IMG/VR virus record: IMGVR_UViG_3300048065_001187
Span: 1-64,000 of that record
Length of the DNA stretch: 64,000 nt
Reading direction: 5' to 3' (one strand)
Source of the DNA: a virus
Of the stretch, positions 9,027 to 20,100 are shown one piece after another. The notes under the pieces are model-generated. The model saw nothing but the letters and a program-made list of their open reading frames with translations, made no database searches and was not told where the DNA came from. The number at the start of each line of letters is the position of its first letter. Positions within the stretch are counted from its first letter, which is position 1. A program made the position numbers and the translations under genes.

Positions 9027-12000
9027 TGGATATTTCAGCATCAGATTGGGCCCCAGGTAAATCATACAAGAAGCATGATATTGTCAGGCTGCGCGACCTT
9101 TCTACTCCTTACTATATAGAAAAAGTAGAGGATAAAAAAGTTGATTTACTATTGACACTTGTTGATGATTGCAGCAACAAGATTATAACAGATCAGTCAA
9201 GAAAGGTTGAGCTGGATGTAACCGAGTTCAGTCAATTTTTTGAAAGAGTCACTGTCAGGGAAACTGCTGAGATAGAATATGGTATAAAATTTAAACTTAA
9301 TCCTACCATAGGGTACTCAGCAAAAGTAATGATCAGAAAGATCAGCGAGGATTCAACATTAAATGATCCTAATTTAACATATTTTCAAATAGAAGATTAC
9401 GGTTTAGATAAGTCAAAGTCTACAGGGGTTGGTGTTGGGCTTAAATTCTATGACGAAAAGATGGATTTAATCGAAGATGTTAGACATAGAAAGATACAAA
9501 GGGCTATGGCATCTTCTGAGCTTCATCATAGAGAATGGTATAAGACTCAGATTGACATACATCCAAATGATATACCTCAAAATGCAGCATACGGATCTGC
9601 GTTTATTTTTCTCTATGGATATGATACTGGTGGATTCGAATTTCGTGATGTTGAGGTTTATAATCTAAGTCAATTTTTTTACTGCACCGAAGATCATGTC
9701 TCTGCTGTAACTAATGAACCAAATTATTTAAGATACTGGACTCAAGATTTTGAATGGCGGCCATCTTATGGATCACAAGCAACTTTTGCGGCGATAAACG
9801 AGTCAATGGTTTTAGGAGAAGGCGGCGATTATGTTAATAATTTAGCTATAAATTCTTTGCCTCTTGAAATCGACTTATCTTTTAATAATAGAACCGACCA
9901 AGAAGCGAAAGCTATTATACATTTCTTGCAAGAAAAACATTTTCCTTATGGATCTATTTTTGGATTAGACTATAAAGGTGAAAGGTTGCTTTCTAGTGAT
10001 GTACAAGATTTTAGTTTTACTTATACATTTCCCTATAGAAAAGATTTAAAATATACATGTACTGATTTTTCTCATTCTATAACATACAGAAACAATAATT
10101 CTATACAAGCTAAGTTTATATGTAATACAGAAAGTACCCTTCGTAGTGTAGAAAGTAATGCTGGATATAATCGCAATACAGACGCCATCTTTCCGGTTTT
10201 TGTAAACGAAGAAACATTTTTTGAAAAAGGGAAAATAGCCAGATTAGATTCATTCCCAGTAGAGGAATTCATAGGAGAAGATGCTCAAGAAAAATCAGAA
10301 GAATCGCAAGATGATGATGATGAAAAAACAGTAGCTCTAACTTCTTTGTCAGAAATTGAAGCATATGCCTACGACGAAAATGGCTACCCGAAGGCAGGTA
10401 TACTTTACTTTAGAAAAGAGCAAAAGCTAGAGGTTGGTAATTGTCTGTACATTAGACCTGAATGGCCTGAAAACTCTACATACTCGGTTGGAGTTTGTAA
10501 AGTATTTAAGGTGATTAATCCAAGAACTTTTGTATTTGGTGTTGGACAAGGATACATAGAAAAAATTACATATACGAAAGAGATTTGTCCGGGGCTAGAA
10601 TGGCCATTAGATGAGCCGATCAAAGAAATAATTCTCGATTCCAGATTGCAACCAAATGGTGACCCTCATAATGTTGGGCCGTATGACCCAATTACAAACG
10701 ATCAAGATAATCCACTTGAAGACGACGAAACTTTAGAAAAAATTAGCAGGCTAAGCGAAGAAAGAGATGCTCCTGTTGTTATCTATAAGCTCGGTATGTG
10801 TCCTGAAGATTGTTTAGCGGCTCAACCTATTTTGCCGCCATCTATTGAGGATGGAATTATTCCTCACAAAATTAAAAATCCAGTAACTGGAGAAGAGCAA
10901 AAAAGAATAATATATTTAAAAAATTACAGAATGCTTCAAATGGAAGCTGATATAACTCCTTCCAGTTTTGCTCTGTATGTTACTCCACTGTCTAGTTTTA
11001 GTTTAAAACCTGAAGATGACGGGCAAATCTTAATTCCAGCAGTTACTGGTAGAAGTAGTATATACATGGAGAATCCTGAACTTACCGCAAAATACCCATG
11101 GCTGCAAGTGAGAAATTTTGAGCATCGCCCTAGTATTGCATTTAATATAAATAACCAACCAAAACATTACAATACAGAGTTTACAAAGTTTTATAATAAA
11201 AAATACAAGCAAGGCATTAATCAAAATATGTCTACATTTACTGTTGTATTCGATAAGAGAGATGATACTGAAGCAGCGGAAATATTACAATTTTTAGAAT
11301 CTCATCTTGGTTATAAAAAATTTAGATTCGTCATGCCTCGACCTTATGGAACTGACGCAGATCCATTAACAACTCAATCTAGGCCTCACAATTCTACTTT
11401 CTATTGCCCAAGCTGGAATCATGAAATCGTCTACAAGAATAATCATACAATTTCTGCAACTTTTATAGAATCTTCAACGGCTGTACAGGAAGATCTTGCT
11501 AACCCAAAAGGTCCTTGCTTTGGGGCATATATATATAATCCTATTACTCAGCATGAGATGTGCACATTCTCTTCTGTAGGGGTTGCAAAGCATCAATCAG
11601 GTTTGGATTACGACTCTCAAAATCAGAGCTACTCAATAGAAGCAAAAAATAAAGAAATAGATATTATTTTTGTGATTGACTCTTCTCCCTCTACAAGGCA
11701 ACAGTTTTTAAGTATATCTGATTTGGATAAATCCAAGTATGCATTAATTATTGATTCAATATTGAAATCGATTGTTGGTTATGATAAGAGCAAATTTCCT
11801 TTAACTGAAAGTTTTAATGGTGCGATTGATGTCAGTGGAGACCCCGATTTTGATGGTTCACCTCCTTGGCCAAATTTTTACGATGAAAATGGGCAATTGA
11901 TTTACGATAAAGATCCTGAAAGCGAACAAGATTTTTACCAAGCACTTGTTGAAAGCGGTTACGATACTGACAACTTTTTCAGGTTTAATCTAAAATTAGA

Positions 12001-14275
12001 AGAAAAAAATATTAATGTAGGATTCTCCTTTATGGGTACACTTGCTATAAATGAATATCCAGGTACTGAAAAAAGAATACTAGATTTAAATGACTACCCG
12101 ACATGTTTCGATAAAAAAACTGTATATGAAAAAATTTCTAATATAGATGCAGAATTTCATGGTGCTAAAAATTCTTTAGAAACTATCGCTGATGCTATGG
12201 CTCAACTTTATAATAGCAAAAGAGCAGAATCAGTAGACCAAAGAATGATTTTCTTGATATCTGATTTTAATTTTTCTGGAGCAAACGAATCCGGGTTAAA
12301 ACAAATTAACGATAACATAAGAAGTGGAAAAGAATTATCTCAAAGAAGACCAAAAGATTCAATTTTATCGAAATATGCAAATGGATTAATTACCCAAAAA
12401 TTAAAGGAATTTTCTTATGCTCCTTCTTGGAAAGGTTTTAATGCAGACAAGCAGTATTCTTATCTATTTAATCCAGATTACTCTGAAGGAGGTAATTTTG
12501 AAGACGAAGAAAAATCTAACCCTGCATGGTATTTAAATGAAGTTGATACATTAATCTTCCCTGTTTCATTAGGTTTATCAGGAGAAGGTAATACCGATTC
12601 TTCTTTTTATGAATACGCTAAAGATTATAGTTTAGAGAAACGAAAAAAAGAATTAGAGATGAATTACAAAATTAGTAATACTTCTCCTGGGTCAAGGGAA
12701 GCGTTGAGGTGTATTAATTTCTCTAAAGTTTTATCCAATGTAACTCAAGACTCAGGATTTCAAAATCTTTTTTCAGTAACAATAAAAAATTGTGGACCAA
12801 ATGATATAAAACTAAGAAACATTATAGCTAACACAAAATCTAGTAGTGGATTTCTTGGATGGACAACTGAAAAATTAAGTGCAGGAGTTCCAAAAAATAA
12901 TAATTTTGAAAAAATTGAAACCATGGATGGAACTCATCAAATTGATTGGACCATCCCGGGAAATGGAGGGCAATATTTTAATGACCCTAATAATAAAAAA
13001 ATGTTTGAGGATGAGAACTCAAACACCTTATGGCATTCTTTTAATACTAAATATGAAGTATATAGAGATGGAAAGTTACATGAAATAAACGGAGGGTGGA
13101 GACCTGATAAAGAAACTTTTTTGATTGCGACTGATACTGGCGACATAATCGGAACAGAATTAAACGAATTGATTCAAACAGATCTAATAACGACTGGAGA
13201 AATAAAAACCAAGGGATCACAAAATGCAGGAGTTGTATCAAACGGATTCCCTTTAAAAGTTTTTGGAAAAAATAAAGAATTAGAAATTTTAGATTATAAT
13301 GTTTCTGATTTAAATGAAGCTAACGATTTTATCGGAAATTATGACCATTTACCTATCCTGAAAATGGAAGAATGCATAGATTTATTCTTTGGATTAAGAA
13401 TAGGAAATGTAAATGAACTTCAAGAATCTGTCGAATTACTTTTTTATACTGAAGATCTGGAAGATAAGACTATGTCTTGTTATGCTAGGTTTGAATTTTT
13501 GGCTAAATTTAAAATGGCCGAAGATTCAATTTTAGAAATTCCAGAAAATGCTCCACCTGTTATTGGTCCAGGTTGCCGTGTTTGTTTTAGTGGAGGTTTG
13601 CAAATAGAACCAAATGCAAGTGCCCCATTCGCAGTTATTCCTCCGTTTCAGACACATGCTGGACCTATGCATCTTGCGGATATTATTGGGGGTGACAATT
13701 TTGACAGTGTTGAGAGTACCCTGGCCCAAATAACTCCAAATGCAACAAGAAGAACATTTGATTCTATATTTGTTGACACCACTACACGTGTAAAATTTTG
13801 GAGCGGTACTGCCTCCAGCCCGGGCAATGTAGCTTTTGATTGCATAGGACCATTTATGCTGAGTAATAGTATATGGCGCGACGATGACAGGTATGCCGCA
13901 TATTTCCCTGACTGGGATAGAGCTGCCGGAGATTATAAAGATGAAGATGGTAATAGTATAGATAATTTTTGGAAAAAATACGGCGTAAGAAATAAAGATC
14001 ACTTCAATCGAATTAATTTATATTCTGAATCCAATATGCACAAATGGCCTTACGGAAGAGTCAAGATAGAATGTTTAAGAAATACTTTAGCTAGAGACGA
14101 AAATGGAATATTAATAAATATGCCCGATGATTATTGCTATAAATTAGAGGGAGGAGTATGGGTTCCAACTGAATGTAGAGATGAAAACGGAGACTTAAAA
14201 GACGGGAGTGAAGATGCCAGCGAAGTAACTCAAGATCCTGAAAATTTAGTAAGATACGGAATAACTAATCGATGA
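9026..14275 (+). CDS. Multidomain minor tail protein: two lambda gpM-like domains, carbohydrate-binding modules and a von Willebrand A domain
   Basis: gpM-like segments are WRPSYGS...LAINSLPLEIDLSFNNRTDQEAKAIIHFL and HRPS...GINQNMSTFTVVFDKRDDTEAAEILQFLESHLGYKKFRF...FYCPSW...TISATFIE. The vWA MIDAS is DIIFVIDSSPS, with a later MIFLISD. The N-terminus has CBM5/12-like WAPGKSYKKHDIVR...FYCTEDH. Confidence 0.78.
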   Translation: MDISASDWAPGKSYKKHDIVRLRDLSTPYYIEKVEDKKVDLLLTLVDDCSNKIITDQSRKVELDVTEFSQFFERVTVRETAEIEYGIKFKLNPTIGYSAKVMIRKISEDSTLNDPNLTYFQIEDYGLDKSKSTGVGVGLKFYDEKMDLIEDVRHRKIQRAMASSELHHREWYKTQIDIHPNDIPQNAAYGSAFIFLYGYDTGGFEFRDVEVYNLSQFFYCTEDHVSAVTNEPNYLRYWTQDFEWRPSYGSQATFAAINESMVLGEGGDYVNNLAINSLPLEIDLSFNNRTDQEAKAIIHFLQEKHFPYGSIFGLDYKGERLLSSDVQDFSFTYTFPYRKDLKYTCTDFSHSITYRNNNSIQAKFICNTESTLRSVESNAGYNRNTDAIFPVFVNEETFFEKGKIARLDSFPVEEFIGEDAQEKSEESQDDDDEKTVALTSLSEIEAYAYDENGYPKAGILYFRKEQKLEVGNCLYIRPEWPENSTYSVGVCKVFKVINPRTFVFGVGQGYIEKITYTKEICPGLEWPLDEPIKEIILDSRLQPNGDPHNVGPYDPITNDQDNPLEDDETLEKISRLSEERDAPVVIYKLGMCPEDCLAAQPILPPSIEDGIIPHKIKNPVTGEEQKRIIYLKNYRMLQMEADITPSSFALYVTPLSSFSLKPEDDGQILIPAVTGRSSIYMENPELTAKYPWLQVRNFEHRPSIAFNINNQPKHYNTEFTKFYNKKYKQGINQNMSTFTVVFDKRDDTEAAEILQFLESHLGYKKFRFVMPRPYGTDADPLTTQSRPHNSTFYCPSWNHEIVYKNNHTISATFIESSTAVQEDLANPKGPCFGAYIYNPITQHEMCTFSSVGVAKHQSGLDYDSQNQSYSIEAKNKEIDIIFVIDSSPSTRQQFLSISDLDKSKYALIIDSILKSIVGYDKSKFPLTESFNGAIDVSGDPDFDGSPPWPNFYDENGQLIYDKDPESEQDFYQALVESGYDTDNFFRFNLKLEEKNINVGFSFMGTLAINEYPGTEKRILDLNDYPTCFDKKTVYEKISNIDAEFHGAKNSLETIADAMAQLYNSKRAESVDQRMIFLISDFNFSGANESGLKQINDNIRSGKELSQRRPKDSILSKYANGLITQKLKEFSYAPSWKGFNADKQYSYLFNPDYSEGGNFEDEEKSNPAWYLNEVDTLIFPVSLGLSGEGNTDSSFYEYAKDYSLEKRKKELEMNYKISNTSPGSREALRCINFSKVLSNVTQDSGFQNLFSVTIKNCGPNDIKLRNIIANTKSSSGFLGWTTEKLSAGVPKNNNFEKIETMDGTHQIDWTIPGNGGQYFNDPNNKKMFEDENSNTLWHSFNTKYEVYRDGKLHEINGGWRPDKETFLIATDTGDIIGTELNELIQTDLITTGEIKTKGSQNAGVVSNGFPLKVFGKNKELEILDYNVSDLNEANDFIGNYDHLPILKMEECIDLFFGLRIGNVNELQESVELLFYTEDLEDKTMSCYARFEFLAKFKMAEDSILEIPENAPPVIGPGCRVCFSGGLQIEPNASAPFAVIPPFQTHAGPMHLADIIGGDNFDSVESTLAQITPNATRRTFDSIFVDTTTRVKFWSGTASSPGNVAFDCIGPFMLSNSIWRDDDRYAAYFPDWDRAAGDYKDEDGNSIDNFWKKYGVRNKDHFNRINLYSESNMHKWPYGRVKIECLRNTLARDENGILINMPDDYCYKLEGGVWVPTECRDENGDLKDGSEDASEVTQDPENLVRYGITNR

Positions 14276-15417
14276 GCTTTATAGATCCAGATAAATATAA
14301 TATAAAATTTTCGTCATTACCAAATATAGACGAAAGGGAATATGTATCAGAAGAAGAAAATGATATATTGACTCAATCTGAAGGCGGTCTTTTTATAAAA
14401 ATTGAAACAGAGGAAAAAGAAGGTGATGGGATAGAATGCAAAAACTTATGCAGAGAAAATGCTGTTGATTCAGGTAGTTTTACCATTTCAAATTCTTGCA
14501 CAATGCCTTTAACTATCACTGGATTTAAAATGACTGATCCTGAAAGATTCTCTCTTTTTAAATTCCCAGATTATACTGGAGTTAAAGTTTATCACTCTGG
14601 AATAATAGAGCAGTTACCGTTTACCCTAGAACCGGACCAAAAAAAACAAATACATACCTTTTTTCATCCACTTTACGATGAGTTAATGTCTGGAAACTCC
14701 AGCACAATATTGAACAGAACAGGTGATCAATTCGGATCCTATGTCAAAATCAAACCTGGGTTTCCTATACTAAATTGCGAAGATGGAGATAGCTGCAGAC
14801 CTCAAATTATTTTGACAGGAGAATTTTTATGCGAAGAAAAAGGGTTACCTCAATGGATGGACAACAAAGAAAACTTTGAAGCTTCAGATATTGAATTAAT
14901 TAAATTTCCTGATATAGTTAATGAATTTTTCTTATTAAAAAAAGATACACTGGAATACAGTAACCCCAATAGGAGGTATTCAATTAAAAACTGGTATTCA
15001 GGTTTAAGTGGGGCTATTGAAAGTTATGGGGGCTTATATGGAACTGAATGGATTACACAGAATGGAGATTGGGGTATCACAGGCTCCTTGACATTGCTTT
15101 TTGATATTGTCACGGGAATTATGTATAGAAACGAACACGATACCAAGGAAACACTTTTCAATACAGAAGTAGATAAATTTTTTGAATACAATGACATTAT
15201 AAATTTTAGTTCATCTATTAAAAAAGAAGATATCATTGAGCTAGAATTTGAAGGTGATAGATATACTGGGTTCATGATCGACAATGAAGCTGGAGATAAT
15301 ATTGAAATAATGTCAGATCAAACAGTCTTTTTTAAAACAAGAAATTTAGTGGATATAGATATATTTCTTTGCGATAGAGGAGATTATGAAGTAGAACAAA
15401 TTAAATCAGCAACATGA
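14272..15417 (+). CDS. Tail-associated protein with an Ig-like (ASH/choice-of-anchor D-like) domain
   Basis: The pattern SFTISNSCTMPLTITGFKMT...F...LPFTLEPDQKKQIHTFFHP is typical of ASH-type Ig folds. The gene has ATGA overlaps at both ends. Confidence 0.55.
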   Translation: MSFIDPDKYNIKFSSLPNIDEREYVSEEENDILTQSEGGLFIKIETEEKEGDGIECKNLCRENAVDSGSFTISNSCTMPLTITGFKMTDPERFSLFKFPDYTGVKVYHSGIIEQLPFTLEPDQKKQIHTFFHPLYDELMSGNSSTILNRTGDQFGSYVKIKPGFPILNCEDGDSCRPQIILTGEFLCEEKGLPQWMDNKENFEASDIELIKFPDIVNEFFLLKKDTLEYSNPNRRYSIKNWYSGLSGAIESYGGLYGTEWITQNGDWGITGSLTLLFDIVTGIMYRNEHDTKETLFNTEVDKFFEYNDIINFSSSIKKEDIIELEFEGDRYTGFMIDNEAGDNIEIMSDQTVFFKTRNLVDIDIFLCDRGDYEVEQIKSAT

Positions 15418-16448
15418 GAGACACAAAAGCATACGTAAAAGAAATATTTCAAATTGAACCCTCAACAATTGTATCTCTTTATAAAATAAATTTAAGAGAT
15501 CGAGGGCAATACTTATTTCATGCCGGAGAAAATGGATATAAAAAAAGAATAATATTCAATGGAGAGAATTATGACTTTATGCCAATCAAGGCAGAGGGGT
15601 TTGAGATGCATGGCGACGGAAGGTTGCCTAGGCCAAAGATGACTTTTTCTAATCACCAAGGAAATGTTTCTTTGCGTTTAGGAATTTTTAAAGATTTTAT
15701 TAATTACAAAGTTACCCGGATAAAAACTTTTGTAAAATATCTAGACAAAGAAAACTTTCCAAACAATATCAACCCTCACGCGGAATCAAGCCCCGATGTT
15801 TCTTTTACTGAAGATATATTCTTTGTTAATCAAAAGGTAGCAGAGACCGATCAAATTGTAGAGTTTGAATTGGTTTCATTGCTTGAGCTTCAAAACGCAA
15901 GCATTCCATCAAGAACAATGTATTCTAATTATTGCTCGTGGCAGTATAGAAGCGATATTGGGTGCGGTTACAGAGGTAAACCTGTATCTGATGATAAAAA
16001 CAAGCGTTTTGTTCCTAGCGGATATTCAGGTCAAATGGTCGGAGAAGATTCTTATTTTCCAACAGAATACGGTGCGACAGAGTTTGGAAAAAAAAATGAA
16101 GAGGATGAGTACCCTGTGTGGTCAAGAACAGGAACTTATAATAAAGGAGATATTGTCAGAATAGAACCATTTGACGATGATAAAGCTATTTACCCCGTCA
16201 GTATTTATGTTTGCACACAAGATAATGCCAGATCGCATCCTGCCTTAGATAGAGAGAAGTGGACTCTCGATGATTGCGATAAGACACTTTGTGGCTGTAG
16301 ACTTAGATTTTCTGATCACGCTATTGAAGCTGGGGGTGGAGTTAGAATGCAAGCGAATAATCTAGAGGAAGATGTTAGTTGGACGGAACTAAACAATGGA
16401 TTACCTTACGGAGGTTTTCCTGGCATAGACCCTTATGAGTTTAAATAA
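15414..16448 (+). CDS. Minor tail protein L (lambda gpL-like, Fe-S-binding cysteines) with a CBM-like insertion
   Basis: Motifs include PIKAEGFEMHGDGRLPRPKMTFSN, VTRIKTFVKYLD, CSWQYRSDIGCGY, DDCDKTLCGCRLRF and LPYGGFPG. The insert is WSRTGTYNKGDIVR...YVC. Confidence 0.92.
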   Translation: MRDTKAYVKEIFQIEPSTIVSLYKINLRDRGQYLFHAGENGYKKRIIFNGENYDFMPIKAEGFEMHGDGRLPRPKMTFSNHQGNVSLRLGIFKDFINYKVTRIKTFVKYLDKENFPNNINPHAESSPDVSFTEDIFFVNQKVAETDQIVEFELVSLLELQNASIPSRTMYSNYCSWQYRSDIGCGYRGKPVSDDKNKRFVPSGYSGQMVGEDSYFPTEYGATEFGKKNEEDEYPVWSRTGTYNKGDIVRIEPFDDDKAIYPVSIYVCTQDNARSHPALDREKWTLDDCDKTLCGCRLRFSDHAIEAGGGVRMQANNLEEDVSWTELNNGLPYGGFPGIDPYEFK

Positions 16449-17160
16449 TTTTCATGATAAGATAATATCTCATGCTGAAAGCAAACCAGATCAAGAAGTT
16501 TGCGGGGTAGTTTTACTATGCCCCGATCTTTCTGTTGAAATAAAACAAGAAAATAATATTAATCCTGACCCGGTAAATTCTTTTACTATATCGCCGCAAA
16601 AATTAATAACTTATCAAGTTAAATATAATCTATTGGGAATCTATCATACTCATCCATTTTCAGACGAAAATCCATCAGAGCAAGATATTATTAATTCTGA
16701 AGAATCTGGTATACCTTATTTAATATATAGTTTAATTACAAAGAAGTTTTTTCTTTATTACCCCGAATCTTTTGAGCCTGATAGTTTAATAGGCAGGCCA
16801 TACATCAAAGGCTTCCATGAATGCACTTGCTTGTTAAAAGATTATTTTATTAAAAATTTAAATATCAATATAACGCAATGGAATAAAAACTATTGGTTAA
16901 CAGAATCAGATCAAGAAGCTAATAAGCTACTTATTGATATATTAAATACAAATACTGATAGAGTAGAAATACAGAATATTAAAAAGCATGATATACTGGT
17001 GTTTCAAATAAAGAAAAACGGAAGAAAGCATGTGGGCATTTACCTTGGTGATGATTATTTTATTCATCAATGTGGGCACAGTATCTCCAGGAAAGATATA
17101 CTCGATAGTCGATGGCAATCAAAAATAAAAGGAGCATACAGGCACCGATCTTTAGTGTAA
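16435..17160 (+). CDS. Tail assembly protein K (JAB/MPN plus NlpC/P60 domains)
   Basis: JAB motif EVCG...YHTHP...PSEQD. NlpC/P60 part LIGRPY..GFHEC...HVGIYLGDDYFIH. Sits between the L and I genes as in lambda. Confidence 0.92.
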   Translation: MSLNNFHDKIISHAESKPDQEVCGVVLLCPDLSVEIKQENNINPDPVNSFTISPQKLITYQVKYNLLGIYHTHPFSDENPSEQDIINSEESGIPYLIYSLITKKFFLYYPESFEPDSLIGRPYIKGFHECTCLLKDYFIKNLNINITQWNKNYWLTESDQEANKLLIDILNTNTDRVEIQNIKKHDILVFQIKKNGRKHVGIYLGDDYFIHQCGHSISRKDILDSRWQSKIKGAYRHRSLV

Positions 17161-17178
17161 GAATATAATGGCAAAAGG

Positions 17179-20100
17179 ATGAAAAAGGTATATCTACACG
17201 GAGCCTTAGGTAAAAGGTTTGGAAAGACATGGGATCTTAATGTAAGTTCCCCAGGCGAAGCTATCGCCGCAATCTTTGCAAATAATCCGGAAGTAGAAAA
17301 ATATTTAAATAAAAAACAGCAAGAGGGCGTTATTTATGGAATAAAAAAATCTGGAGAACAAGGGTTTACAGAAAACAAAGAGTTTTTACTGTCTACAGAA
17401 AAAGATTTGCACGTTTTTCCAATAGCCCAAGGTGGTGGCGGATTCGCTGTTAGTTTGATTATGACTGCAATAACTACTGCAGCTATGATGTATGTTTCAA
17501 AAAAAATAGCGGAAGCTATGGAGAGAGACGATGAGACTTTAAAGGTTCAGACGAAATCTTACATATTTAATGGTGTCGATAATAGATATACACAAGGTAG
17601 TACTGTTCCAGTTGGATATGGATGTTTAAATGTTGGATCTCAGGTAGTCTCTGCATGCAACATCAACTATGATTACAACTCAGAACAAAATAAAATTTTA
17701 AATTTTACAAATGGAACATATAGCCTTATCCCGGATTACCATAAGAGTTATTTTCAAGATCTAGGACCATTAGTGTCATGCTTCGCTTTAAATGTTTTTG
17801 ACGGAAGTAGTAAAAATAAATTTGAAGATCCTGGATACAAATATATTAAAACACTTTTTGCTTCAAATAAATTTGGATCTACTGATGGCCTGTATGGAGC
17901 ATTTGAGGATGTCGAATCTCAGCTAAATAGGTTTACTAACATTAAACGTGTAGATAAAACTGGTAATTTAATAGGCGGATATTTTTACTATGAATATAAT
18001 TACGGAAAAGGTGTTAATACCAGTATGCTTGGAAACTTTGACGCGGCGCAAGGTAACTGGTATCCAGAGGCCTTAGATACTGTTGAGCAGTATAGATATA
18101 GTATATCATATCAAAATGCGATTAAAAGCTCATATGTATGCATTCAAAGTAAGCCTCAAAAAGAAAATGATATTCTAGCTCCAGTTTTTTATCCTATAAC
18201 TTTTTCAGAAGAAAGTATTGATTATTTAAAAGGAAATATGTCTAATGCTATAGATAAGGGAGATGTTTCTATTTTTCCTATACAAGTAGGAGAAAGATGG
18301 CGAGGCAGTCAAAAGCAAAATGGAGTAGGATGGTTTAAGCTTGAATCTGCTTCCGTGTCTAAATCAATTGATCTCATTTGCGAAGGAGAAATAGACGGCT
18401 TCAGTGATCATGGCGGAAAAGCTTTAAGATTTAAAAAAGATGCAGAGGTTCCCGCAAGCCCAAACCCAATCAGATACAAAGATGACGATTATTTGCAGGC
18501 GGTAATGCTTGATAACATACCAATAAAAGAAATCAATAAATCATTTGATTATGATTCCTACAACATTAATGAATATGATATAGATGTGGGAATGAATAAT
18601 GCAGAAAAGATTGGGTCCGAAGATCAAAATTTATTAGAACCTCAATACCTATTCACTGCATATACCAAAGAAATTAATAAACCTTTATATGGGCCAAGGA
18701 TATTAAATTTTAATAATTTATCTAACTTAATTGAAGTTGAAGATTTTGAAAAAAATAAACTTTACTATGTAAATCAATATGTTAAATTTGACGGTATTGC
18801 ATACAAAGCATTAAAGCATCTCGATCAAAAGTTTGATAAAAATAATAATTATAAGTGTGATGAAGAAAATAAATATGAATCGGAAATTGTATATACAGAA
18901 AATAATAATTTAATAAATTTCTATATCCCAAACCCAGAAATCAATGAATACGATCAGTTTGCAGCCGAATATGTAGATGAAGATAATCAATTATTTTATG
19001 AAGCAGGTGATAAAGTAAAAAACGTAAAATCTGATTCTTCTGAATATGGTTACTATAAACTTGGGGATGATGCTGATAAATTCTTAGGAATTTTTGATCA
19101 AGCAAAATCATATGAAAATAAAGCTGGGTATTTTGTTATGCAGGAAACCGTTAGAGGCGGACCTAACATTAATTCTCAAGTTTTTTTGATCACTGGAAAC
19201 AATAATTCAGCAAATGATAGTATAATGTCTATTGGTTCAGGAATTACAATTTTTGATGAAGAGGGCGTAGACCAATCATCAGATTTTTTTTATTTCGCTC
19301 AAAATCATGTAGGAAATATTACTGATGAAAATGGAAACTTATTTATCACTGAAACAACTGTTGATTCTGAAGGCACAGAAAGCGAAACAACTATAACCCT
19401 TCCAGTTGCTCAAAATATAGTGGCAGAAGAAGTAGATATTACACCAAACGGACAAGCTGACATAACTGAAAACTTATGGAATGAAATAAAAATAGAGTCA
19501 CCCATACTAATAGAATCAGAAGACGAACAAGATATAGATGAGGAATTATTTTTTACAAAAATCAATGAATCAGAAATAGATCAAAATGTAAATAATAGAA
19601 TAGATGAAGAAAACTATTTACCTCATAGCATAATTAACCCTCTTGTAGAAGAAGCTATAGTTTCGCTTCAAGCAGATGAATTATTCTATCTATACGAAGG
19701 GGATCATGTTGAAGTCACATATGAAATAGGTAAGCTTTGGAGATATTTACTAAAAGCGTGGCTGGCGATTCAAACAGCTAAAGTGTTATATCACGGTACT
19801 AAGGCTATCATCGCCGCAGCAAACGGTGCAGCCGCAGCAGCAAGCCCTTTTAGTGCACACATAGCGACATTTCAGTTTAAAGAGGCTTCTGAAAGAGGAT
19901 TGTTAGCCGCTAAGGCTGCACCACTAGCATTGGCACTAGGAGTTTTATACAACACAGTATTCGACAGAGATTATCGGTGGAAAATAGGTACAAAAGTAGA
20001 AAACTCAGGAGAACTTTGGCCCAACAAAGCAAGATTTAGAATAAAATATGGAAACGAAGGCGAAGTTCTGTATTCTACTGATGTTTATATGTACGGAGTT

